A DNA stretch of 32,000 bases from Schaalia meyeri (GTDB taxonomy: Bacteria > Actinomycetota > Actinomycetes > Actinomycetales > Actinomycetaceae). Shown here piece after piece: positions 25,078-32,000 of this stretch. The position numbers were made by a program, and so were the translations under genes. The notes below the pieces were generated by a model, which made no database searches, was not told the DNA's origin, and worked only from the letters and a program-made list of their open reading frames with translations. Every line of letters starts with the position of its first letter. Position 1 is the stretch's first letter. The stretch is taken from NCBI RefSeq assembly GCF_900105015.1, contig NZ_FNLK01000012.1, forward strand, positions 240,001-272,000, in the 5' to 3' direction.

Positions 25078-25707
25078 CTAGTCGAGTGTGCCGGCGGCTG
25101 CTTCGCGCGCGGCGACACCGAGTTCGTCGGCCGTGATCGCCAGCGCAGAGGTACGCATGGTGACGCGGTGAGCCAGGGGGTCGGCCGGGTCTTCGATCCA
25201 CAGAGCCCCAGCCTCCCCGGCTGCCAGGACACGCATGGCACGCGAAGCCTGGGCCAGCACGTGTTCGAGGTCGTCGTCGGTGAGGCCGCCATGCAGCAGG
25301 GAGTCGACCTCCTCCATAACGAGGCTCAGGGGCCGCACGTGGGTGGGGCCTTCGAGGCTCTGGATGGTCGGCGCGTTCGCTCCCTGCGAGTATCGAGATT
25401 CGACAGGGCCAGGGTCGCGGTGGTACCACTCATGCAGCAAGTAGAGGCGCCACAGGGCTCCGGGGAGAGTGAACTCGGGGCTGCGGGACCACACGTGCGC
25501 GATCGCATCGACGCCGCGGGCGCGCACGGCCTCGCGCAGCCGGGCGACGTCCTCGTCGGTGAAGGAATCGTCCCCCACCCCCATGAGCGCCCACGCGGCG
25601 GTGTGTGCGACGGCTGCGACTTCTGCTGGATCTTCGTCGCCAACGATGGACTCAGCCCTCGCTGAGTCGAGCATGGCGGGGCGGCGAGGAATGTTTGATT
25701 GGGCCAT
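25078..25707 (-). CDS. conserved-looking hypothetical protein (acidic, soluble)
   Basis: 209-aa ORF with a clean ATG. It is on the same strand as, and immediately upstream of, the NUDIX gene. I recognise no motif. Confidence 0.6.
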   Translation of the reverse strand: MAQSNIPRRPAMLDSARAESIVGDEDPAEVAAVAHTAAWALMGVGDDSFTDEDVARLREAVRARGVDAIAHVWSRSPEFTLPGALWRLYLLHEWYHRDPGPVESRYSQGANAPTIQSLEGPTHVRPLSLVMEEVDSLLHGGLTDDDLEHVLAQASRAMRVLAAGEAGALWIEDPADPLAHRVTMRTSALAITADELGVAAREAAAGTLD

Positions 25708-25738
25708 GGGGACCGGTTCCTCCTACAATGGGATCAAT

Positions 25739-25810
25739 GGGCCTATAGCTCAATGGTAGAGCAGCGGACTTTTAATCCGTAGGTTGGGGGTTCGAGTCCC
25801 CCTGGGCCTA
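25739..25810 (+). tRNA. tRNA-Lys (anticodon UUU)
   Basis: Cloverleaf read by hand:
- acceptor GGGCCTA/TGGGCCT, with two G-U pairs;
- D arm GCTC-AATGGTA-GAGC;
- anticodon arm GCGGA-CTTTTAA-TCCGT;
- variable loop AGGTT;
- T arm GGGGG-TTCGAGT-CCCCC;
- discriminator A, with no encoded CCA. Confidence 0.85.
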
Positions 25811-25882
25811 CTGGTCGCCTCGGGTTTTCCGGGGCGTTCATGCTATCTGTGGGCGTGGCTGCCCGCGTTGGGAGGCACACCG

Positions 25883-27964
25883 ATGGATCCTCTTTTTTCC
25901 CGCGCGTACGGGGCGCTGGCCGGGCTGGCGCTCGGCGATGCCCTGGGCATGCCGACCCAGGCCATGTCTCCAGATCACATCGCCAGCGTGTACGGCGAGA
26001 TCAGGGGCCTGGTGGACGCGGACGCGAGCCAACCCTACGCGCCGGGCATGCCGGCGGGGTCGATCACGGACGACACGGAGCAGGCGCTGTTGGTGGCATC
26101 CCTCCTGCTGCGAGGCAAAAACACCTCGGAAGGTCGGGGGATCCTGGATGCGGGCGAGTTCGCCCACGCGCTGCTGGAGTGGGAGGAAGCGATGATCGCC
26201 CGCGGGTCTTCGGACCTGCTGGGCCCCTCCACGAAGGCGGCCCTGGAGCGGGTGCGCGCGGGCGAGGAGCCGCTGACCGTGGGCGGCGAAGGCACGACGA
26301 ACGGGGCGGCGATGCGGGTTACACCGATCGGCATCGCGACCTCGATGGCAGACCCCCAGGCCTTCGCGGACGCCGTGTGGTCATCCTGCCGGGTCACGCA
26401 CGCGACGCGCCAGGGCTTCCAGTCGGCTGCGCTGGTGGCCGCCGCAGTATCGATCGGGATAGGTCGGCCCGGCTCTCCCCCGATGGACGTGAGGAGCGTC
26501 CTGTGGGAAGCCGTCAGCTTCGTGGCCTCCCTGCCTGCGCGCGGCGCATGGACCCCGGAACCGGACGTGGTGGCGGCGACGCGCAGGGCGTTGAACATCG
26601 CCAGCAACCACAACGCGCACGGCGGCCATCCCATTCAACGCCTCGTGGAGCAGATCGGCACGTCGGTGGCTTCCGCGCAGGCCGTTCCGATGGCTTTTGC
26701 GCTTGCCTTCCTTCACGCGGACCACCTCGCCCTGCGCGCTGCCGCGAACGTGGGCGGCGACACGGACACGATCGGAGCCATCGCCGGTGCCATGATCGGC
26801 GCGGTCCGCGGAGTCGAGCAGTTCCAGGGTCACGGCCTTGAGCAGGTAGAGGAGGTCTCCCACCTGGACCTGCAGGCAGTTGCCGAGCAGCTGCTGGCCC
26901 TCCGCGCACCCTACCCCGTCGACATGAGCCACCACGCGCTCTTCGAGCCCGTCTGCCCACCCGCCCCATTTAGCCCTACCCGCGAGGACTCGCAGGCGGG
27001 GCGCGTCGTCCTCATGGGGCAGATCCTCGTGGACCTGGCCCTGCGGGGCGATTCCTTTCCGCACCCGGGCGGCGACGTGTGGGCCACCCACGAGGGGGCC
27101 CACGTGGGCGGGGGCTTCAACGCCCTGCTGGCAGCGCGCCGCATGGGGGCCGAGGCCGTTTCACTCAGCCCGATCGGCGAAGGCCCCAACGCCTCGTCGA
27201 TTCGCCAGGCTCTCCAGCGAGAGGGCATCGCGGACGCCGGGCCGCGCGTGGCGGGAATGGACAACGGCTACTGCGTGGCCTTCACCGACTCCACCGGCGA
27301 GCGCAGCTTCATCTCCACGAGAGGAGCGGAGACCCACACGCCGCCGCGCGCCTGGGCAGACTTCGTCCAGACCATGGGCCCCTTAGACGTGCTGTACATC
27401 GACGGATACCTCATGGCTCACCCGGCGAACGAGGAGGCGGCGCGACAGGCGCTGCGAGTGCTGCCCGAACACGTCCGCGTCGTGGTTGATCCCTCCCCCA
27501 TTGCTCGCGTGCCCTCGGGTCTGCCGCGTGACAACGTGATCCTCTCGATGACCGCGACGGAGGCCCACGGACTCGGCGCCTCGATCGTGGCTGACCGTTC
27601 GGCATGCGACGCCTGCCAAACACCCGAAGGGGCAGCGGGGTTCATCGCACAGCTCTTCAACAGCCACGCCGTGATCCGCGTTGGCGCCAACGGCGCGTAC
27701 TTCGCACACCCCACTCACGACGACAAACTTTTTAACCGGCCCGCCGTCACCCACGTTCCCACCCCGAGCGTCGATGCGATCGACACCAACGGCGCGGGCG
27801 ACGCGCACACCGGCGTCCTGGCCGCCTCCCTTGCACTCGGAATCCCCCTCGAGAGAGGCCTCCTACTGGCCAACTGCGCGGGCGCGCTGTCCACGAGGGT
27901 CGTCGGGCCGGCCTCCTGCCCCTCCCGCGAAGAGATCGAGGCCGCTGCCCACGCCCTGGGGTGA
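25883..27964 (+). CDS. ADP-ribosylglycohydrolase-family domain fused to PfkB-family (ribokinase-like) kinase
   Basis: ATG 25883 follows GGGAGG; the track's TTG at 25784 lies inside the tRNA. The N-terminal half has ARH motifs (GDALGMP, SITDDTEQ, GGDTDTIGAIAGAM). The C-terminal half, from about 26998, has the PfkB GG motif (HVGGGFNALLAARRMG) and the DTNGAGDAH catalytic/anion-hole motif. Confidence 0.88.
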   Translation: MDPLFSRAYGALAGLALGDALGMPTQAMSPDHIASVYGEIRGLVDADASQPYAPGMPAGSITDDTEQALLVASLLLRGKNTSEGRGILDAGEFAHALLEWEEAMIARGSSDLLGPSTKAALERVRAGEEPLTVGGEGTTNGAAMRVTPIGIATSMADPQAFADAVWSSCRVTHATRQGFQSAALVAAAVSIGIGRPGSPPMDVRSVLWEAVSFVASLPARGAWTPEPDVVAATRRALNIASNHNAHGGHPIQRLVEQIGTSVASAQAVPMAFALAFLHADHLALRAAANVGGDTDTIGAIAGAMIGAVRGVEQFQGHGLEQVEEVSHLDLQAVAEQLLALRAPYPVDMSHHALFEPVCPPAPFSPTREDSQAGRVVLMGQILVDLALRGDSFPHPGGDVWATHEGAHVGGGFNALLAARRMGAEAVSLSPIGEGPNASSIRQALQREGIADAGPRVAGMDNGYCVAFTDSTGERSFISTRGAETHTPPRAWADFVQTMGPLDVLYIDGYLMAHPANEEAARQALRVLPEHVRVVVDPSPIARVPSGLPRDNVILSMTATEAHGLGASIVADRSACDACQTPEGAAGFIAQLFNSHAVIRVGANGAYFAHPTHDDKLFNRPAVTHVPTPSVDAIDTNGAGDAHTGVLAASLALGIPLERGLLLANCAGALSTRVVGPASCPSREEIEAAAHALG

Positions 27965-28119
27965 CCGGGCGCGGGCGTGGCCCCGTCTCTCGTACGAGCG
28001 ATACCGGTGGACGTGGGCGGTACGCCTCAACCGGGCCGGGTCGGCGCGCCGCGCGAGGAGGCCAACCGGGAGAACGGAGCAAAACGCCACGATAGCGGGG
28101 CGAAAAGCCTGGAGAGCGG

Positions 28120-29004
28120 CTAGGGCCTCGAGGCGAGCCACACGGCGGCCGACACCAGCGCCAGGCCGACCATTTCAAAAACGCCGGGGATTTGCCGCAG
28201 CATGACCGCTCCGACCAGGGCGGACGTGGCGGGCAGGATCGCGGCAAACAGGGCGAATGTCGGGGCGGCCAGTCGCCGCATGGCGATGGCCTCGAAGGAG
28301 TACGGGATGACCGTGGAAAGCAGGCCGACTCCGACGACGATCGCGATGAGATTCCAGGAAGCGGTGGCCGCCATCGCGCGCGGTCCGAGGACGGGCGCGA
28401 AGACCAGGGCTCCCCACGCACATCCGAGGGCGAGGTTGGTGACGCCGTCGCGGGTGGAGGAGGCACGCTGGCCGACGACGATGTAGGCAGACCACGCTGC
28501 GGCTGCCAGCAGGATCCAGGCGACCCCGACACGCACGCCGGTCGAGCCGAGATCGAGGGCGAGACCACTGATGCAGGCGACGCCAGCAAAGGCGAGGACC
28601 GCTGCGATGCGGGGGCGCATTCCGTGGCCGCGCAGGACGGCGACGGCGACGGGACCGATGAACTCGATGGAGACGGCGGTCCCCAGAGGGATGCGCGCAA
28701 TGGCCTCGTAAAAGGAGGCATTCATGGTGACGACGATGATGCCAAAGAGCGCGGAGATGGACAGGTCGGAAAGAGTCAGGCCGCCGCGCCAGGGGCGTTT
28801 CCATGCGAGGAGGACGAGCGCTCCCGTGACGACGCGCCACCATGCGACGGATGCGGGCTCAACCGAGGCGAAGGCAACGACGGCGAGCGCGGCGCCGACG
28901 TATTGGATGAGCGCCGAGCCGACAATGTAGAGCTGGGCTGGGATGCGGTCGCTGACGATCAGGCGCGCGGTGGCACGGCCGGAACAGGGAGCGGGTCCAC
29001 TCAC
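28120..29004 (-). CDS. EamA/RhaT (DMT superfamily) transporter
   Basis: About 10 TM helices in two EamA-like halves. The GTG start overlaps the msrB stop (GTGA at 29001-29004). Confidence 0.85.
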   Translation of the reverse strand: MSGPAPCSGRATARLIVSDRIPAQLYIVGSALIQYVGAALAVVAFASVEPASVAWWRVVTGALVLLAWKRPWRGGLTLSDLSISALFGIIVVTMNASFYEAIARIPLGTAVSIEFIGPVAVAVLRGHGMRPRIAAVLAFAGVACISGLALDLGSTGVRVGVAWILLAAAAWSAYIVVGQRASSTRDGVTNLALGCAWGALVFAPVLGPRAMAATASWNLIAIVVGVGLLSTVIPYSFEAIAMRRLAAPTFALFAAILPATSALVGAVMLRQIPGVFEMVGLALVSAAVWLASRP

Positions 29005-29405
29005 TGCGCGGGAGCGAAGGTGAGCGCAGCCGAGTTCATGCAGTAGCGCATGCCGGTGGGTTGTCCGGGAGCGTCGGAGAATACGTGGCCCAGGTGGGAG
29101 TCACAGGTAGCACAGCGCACCTCGGTGCGGATCATGCCGTGACTGGTGTCGACGTATTCGGTGGTGGCGCCGGCGTGGGCCTGGAAAAAGGAGGGCCACC
29201 CGCACGAGGAATCGAACTTTGCGTCGGAGTCAAAGAGCTGGGATCCACACCCTGCGCACGAGTAGGTGCCGACCCGTGCCTCATCCAGGAGCTCACCGGT
29301 AAAGGGGCGCTCCGTACCAGCTTCGCGCAGCACGTGGTAGCGCATGGGGCTGAGGAGTTTCTTCCATTCGGCGTCGGTGCGGGCGGCAGGATCGGTAGCG
29401 TTCAT
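29001..29405 (-). CDS. msrB: peptide-methionine (R)-S-oxide reductase
   Basis: Two CxxC zinc motifs ([21 protein letters not shown]), the block GWPSF, and the catalytic block RYCMNS. Confidence 0.95.
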   Translation of the reverse strand: MNATDPAARTDAEWKKLLSPMRYHVLREAGTERPFTGELLDEARVGTYSCAGCGSQLFDSDAKFDSSCGWPSFFQAHAGATTEYVDTSHGMIRTEVRCATCDSHLGHVFSDAPGQPTGMRYCMNSAALTFAPAQ

Positions 29406-29519
29406 GCCTCCATTGTTGCGCGCCGACCGTGCACGCGCACGTTTCGCGCTCGTGAGCGAGGGCGTTCGCCGCCTGCGCCGGGATCATTCCCCAGGCCGCA
29501 GAGGCCTCGACGGTCCTGT

Positions 29520-32000
29520 TCACTCGTCGCTTAAGGACCGTGCGGTCGAGCTTTTCTTTCCTCCCGTCGCCTTCGCGCTTGGCTTCTTCGCACCCGTTTT
29601 CTTGGTGGCGCCCTTTTTGGTGTTGGTGGTGCCCTTTTTGGTGGAACTCTTCTTGGCCGCGCTCTTCTTCGCGGTTTTCTTTTCCGCGCTACCCCCCTTT
29701 GCCGCGCTACCCCCCTTTGCCGTGCCCTTCTTCGCGGGGGCCTTCTTAGTGGGTGTTTTCTTAGCTGTGCCCTTGGCGGGTACAGACTGTGAAGAGGATG
29801 CCTTACCCGTCGCTTTCTTTGTCTTAGCAGCGCCCGCGGATTCGCCGCGTGCGCGGGTGACGGGAATGACCAGGGTTTCATCAAGCGCGGGCTGTTCCTC
29901 GATCGCGGGCTGTTCCTTGAGCGCGGGGAGGACCTGCGTGGACTCGGCATCAGGCGCGGGCACTCGAGGAGCTTCGACGGTTTCCATGACGGCGGTCGCA
30001 TCGGCCTCCGGCTCAGCGTTCCGAGCCTGCGCGGCGCCCGCGAGATGTGCGGGATCGGGGACCTGCGCTGCGGCCTGTTCCGCCGTTTGGGCACCAGTTT
30101 GAGGATGATCCTCACGTTCGCCGTGTCCGGCGACGGGGATTTGGCTGGTCGCGGCGCCAGTGTTATCGGACTCGGGACCTGCCGGGGACGTAGGGGTCGC
30201 CGAGGGCGTGGGGGCTGCGGGGGGAGTCGAAACCGCCGAGGGCGTGGGCACCGCAGAGGGAGTCGGGACCGCAGAGGGAGTCGGGACCGCCGAGGGGAAG
30301 AAGTCCATGATGGACACGCGCTGGGGCGTCACTTTCGGCGTGGGACGCGTTTTGGTGTCCAGGCGTGCCTCTTCGGCGACGGCGTACCAGCCGGGATGGA
30401 TGGCTGCGTCGCCGGCGTCTACAGTGTCGCCGGTGTCCCTGACGTTGGTCCTCGACGCCGCCATCTCCGCTGGGGTGGGCGCGGGCGGTGGCACGAGTGC
30501 GGGCGCCAGGGCCTGCACCGTGTCGGTCACGACAGGGCGCCCGGTGCGCTCGGGGGGCGGCACCTGGATGGGCTGCTTCGCGGAGGTTTTACGCGCAGGG
30601 ATGGGAATGGTTTCCTGTTCGTCCTGCCTCGTCGTCTCCTGCAACCGGGCCGTGGCCGCCTTCTCATCTTCCTCACCCTCGGGAGCAACTGGATCGTGCT
30701 TACTCTCACGCTGGGGTTCGTCGGACTGCGCGGCGGCGGGGGGCGCGGGGACCGCGTCTGCTACTTCCTGCGCATCGGCGCTGCCCGCTGTTTCATGAGT
30801 TCCGGCGTCGCCCGCACCCACCTGGGTATCAGTATCACCCGCGCCCACAGGAACCGTCTCGGCGCCACCAGGGGCGGGAGTTTCCTCGTCCGCGGCATGA
30901 ACTAAGGCGCCTTCGGTCACGGCTGACTCGTCGGTCGCGGGCTGGTCGCTTGCAGCCTGGTCGCTTGTAGCCTGATCGGTTGTGGACTGGTCCGTGAGGG
31001 ACTCGCGCGCGGCAGCACCTTCGTTCGCATGTTCCGCCGTTTCCGGCGCGGAATCGTCTGTTTCCCGCACGGGATCGACGTTTTCCTGCGCGGGGTCGTT
31101 GATGTTCTCGCTGTCGCGCGGCTCCTCGTCACGCTCGGGCGTGGCGGCGTGTTCATCCGCTGTGGCCTCGGCGGTGTTCTCCGCGGCGTCGGGGGACTCG
31201 CCGCCCGTGGCCTCGCGGTCGCATTCGACGGGTTCGACGCCGACGGCGGCCAGGGCCGTCGTTACCTCGGGGTCCAGGGCGGCGGCGTGGCCGCGACGGG
31301 CTTCGCGACGGTCGCGGGCGCGGCGGGCCTCGGCCTCACGTTCGGCGTAAGCTTCCTCGCCGGGTCCTTCGAGGGCGGCGGCGCGTTCGTCGGCCTCTGC
31401 GGAGCCGGAGAAGAAACGCTCACCCCGTCCGACGAACGCAGCCGGCAGGATCTGGGTGCTCTGTGGGATGGTCTTGCCTGCCGCTTCAATGATCTTGCGC
31501 AGGGCGGACTTGGAAATGACCTGCGTTTCGTCCTGGGATGATCCGCCTTCCGCCAGTTCGCGCTGGCGATCGGCCATGGCGCGCCGACGCGCCCGCTTGG
31601 CCTTGCGGCGGGCGGCAACCATGCGTGCGGCGTGGGCGGCGTCTTTGGGCTGGCCGCTCCGACCGTCTCGCTGCTCGGCCGCCGCCGGCGCTAAAGAGGC
31701 CGCGCCGCCCGTGGCGGAATCAATGGAACCGCGCGCGCTGCCCGCGTGAGTGGTGGGATCACTCATCGCGGCCACGGCCTCGTTGGTGCCGGAGATACCG
31801 GCCAGTTCGGAGGCCAGGCGTGCGATGTGTTCGCGGCTGGTGTCGTGTTCAACCGTGACCGTTTGACGCGGTTCGATACGCTGGGCGGGTCGCGCCCACG
31901 GCTCTTCGGCGACGATCCACGCGATCAGCTGTTCGCGCAGGTAGGCGCGCAGGTCGGATAGGGCGCCGGAGTGTTTGGCAGAGACCAGGACTCGGACGGT
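29520..32000 (-). CDS. large, mostly disordered protein with lysine-rich histone-H1/HU-tail-like C-terminus (5' end outside window)
   Basis: The frame stays open upstream of the track's GTG at 31775, all the way to the window edge (...VRVLVSAKHSGALSDLRAYLREQLIAW...). Going downstream there is an Arg/Glu-rich helical region, a long acidic Pro/Ala/Thr-rich region with several tandem repeats, and a tail KKATGK...AKKTPTKKAPAKKGTAKGGSAAKGGSAEKKTAKKSAAKKSSTKKG. Confidence 0.8.
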   Translation of the reverse strand, partial: TVRVLVSAKHSGALSDLRAYLREQLIAWIVAEEPWARPAQRIEPRQTVTVEHDTSREHIARLASELAGISGTNEAVAAMSDPTTHAGSARGSIDSATGGAASLAPAAAEQRDGRSGQPKDAAHAARMVAARRKAKRARRRAMADRQRELAEGGSSQDETQVISKSALRKIIEAAGKTIPQSTQILPAAFVGRGERFFSGSAEADERAAALEGPGEEAYAEREAEARRARDRREARRGHAAALDPEVTTALAAVGVEPVECDREATGGESPDAAENTAEATADEHAATPERDEEPRDSENINDPAQENVDPVRETDDSAPETAEHANEGAAARESLTDQSTTDQATSDQAASDQPATDESAVTEGALVHAADEETPAPGGAETVPVGAGDTDTQVGAGDAGTHETAGSADAQEVADAVPAPPAAAQSDEPQRESKHDPVAPEGEEDEKAATARLQETTRQDEQETIPIPARKTSAKQPIQVPPPERTGRPVVTDTVQALAPALVPPPAPTPAEMAASRTNVRDTGDTVDAGDAAIHPGWYAVAEEARLDTKTRPTPKVTPQRVSIMDFFPSAVPTPSAVPTPSAVPTPSAVSTPPAAPTPSATPTSPAGPESDNTGAATSQIPVAGHGEREDHPQTGAQTAEQAAAQVPDPAHLAGAAQARNAEPEADATAVMETVEAPRVPAPDAESTQVLPALKEQPAIEEQPALDETLVIPVTRARGESAGAAKTKKATGKASSSQSVPAKGTAKKTPTKKAPAKKGTAKGGSAAKGGSAEKKTAKKSAAKKSSTKKGTTNTKKGATKKTGAKKPSAKATGGKKSSTARSLSDE
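29684..29719. repeat. perfect 18-nt tandem duplication in the lysine-rich tail (GGSA[A/E]K)
   Basis: CCGCGCTACCCCCCTTTG occurs twice back to back (29684-29701 and 29702-29719). Confidence 0.85.
30187..30297. repeat. tandem 18-nt in-frame repeats encoding (PTPSAV)n
   Basis: There are five full units from 30199. Units 30253-30270 and 30271-30288 are identical (GCAGAGGGAGTCGGGACC). Confidence 0.85.
30927..31001. repeat. 15-nt periodic repeat encoding [ST]DQ-type pentapeptides
   Basis: CTGGTCGCTTGCAGC / CTGGTCGCTTGTAGC / CTGATCGGTTGTGGA / CTGGTCCGTGAGGGA. The protein reads ...SLTDQSTTDQATSDQAASDQPATDE... Confidence 0.75.

Noticed and set aside
24998-25429. N-terminal extension of the NUDIX ORF (558-aa version); similar extensions at 87-218, 3319-3675, 7888-8067, 2799-2924 and 20531-20590
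   Set aside because: Each extension overlaps a well-supported neighbouring gene or lacks an RBS. Internal starts with Shine-Dalgarno sequences and sensible N-termini (signal peptides, conserved domain starts) exist in each case.
25739-25810. tRNA-Lys as the integration site of a genomic island
   Set aside because: No integrase, no direct repeat of the tRNA 3' end, and no obviously foreign gene block were seen on either side.
25784-25882. TTG start at 25784, giving a 726-aa version of the ARH::PfkB protein
   Set aside because: The first 27 nt lie inside tRNA-Lys. ATG 25883 has a GGGAGG RBS 7 nt upstream and begins the conserved ARH domain.
1-32000. CRISPR arrays, rRNA genes, IS elements and toxin-antitoxin pairs
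   Set aside because: No spaced identical repeats, rRNA-like conserved stretches, transposase-like ORFs or terminal inverted repeats were seen. The only tandem repeats are in-frame coding repeats.

Overview
High-GC actinobacterial chromosome segment, most likely from an Actinomyces/Schaalia-like member of the Actinomycetales. All calls come from reading the ORF translations and the DNA by eye; no database search was run. The window holds about 30 protein genes and one tRNA-Lys(UUU). I found no rRNA, CRISPR array, transposase or integrase.

The dominant feature is a long minus-strand block (5877-17536). It has the canonical Bat-like order: MoxR AAA+ ATPase, DUF58, small TM protein, VWA, VWA, TPR. 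This order is interrupted, exactly between DUF58 and the small TM gene, by a complete sortase-dependent pilus locus:
- an LPLTG major pilin with a YPKN pilin motif and an E-box;
- a 953-aa LPLTG adhesin with a GEVED-type domain and Cys-bracketed SpaA-type domains;
- a class C sortase.
The pilus block has its own AT-rich upstream region, GC-rich hairpins in both internal intergenic gaps, and visibly lower GC in the adhesin gene.

Other content:
- housekeeping genes: GTP-dependent PEP carboxykinase, a DUF47/Pit phosphate transporter pair, MsrB and an EamA exporter;
- a CDP-alcohol phosphatidyltransferase carrying the x12-spaced phosphatidylcholine-synthase motif;
- a GalT-like HIT protein;
- two tandem paralogous Cys-rich lipoproteins coupled to pit;
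- a NUDIX protein fused to a histidine-phosphatase-like domain whose RHG histidine is replaced (RPG);
- an ADP-ribosylglycohydrolase::PfkB kinase fusion next to the tRNA;
- a large repeat-rich disordered protein with a lysine-rich histone-like tail that runs off the window.

Many long ORFs in the six-frame track are antisense or out-of-frame artefacts of the high GC content and were rejected.
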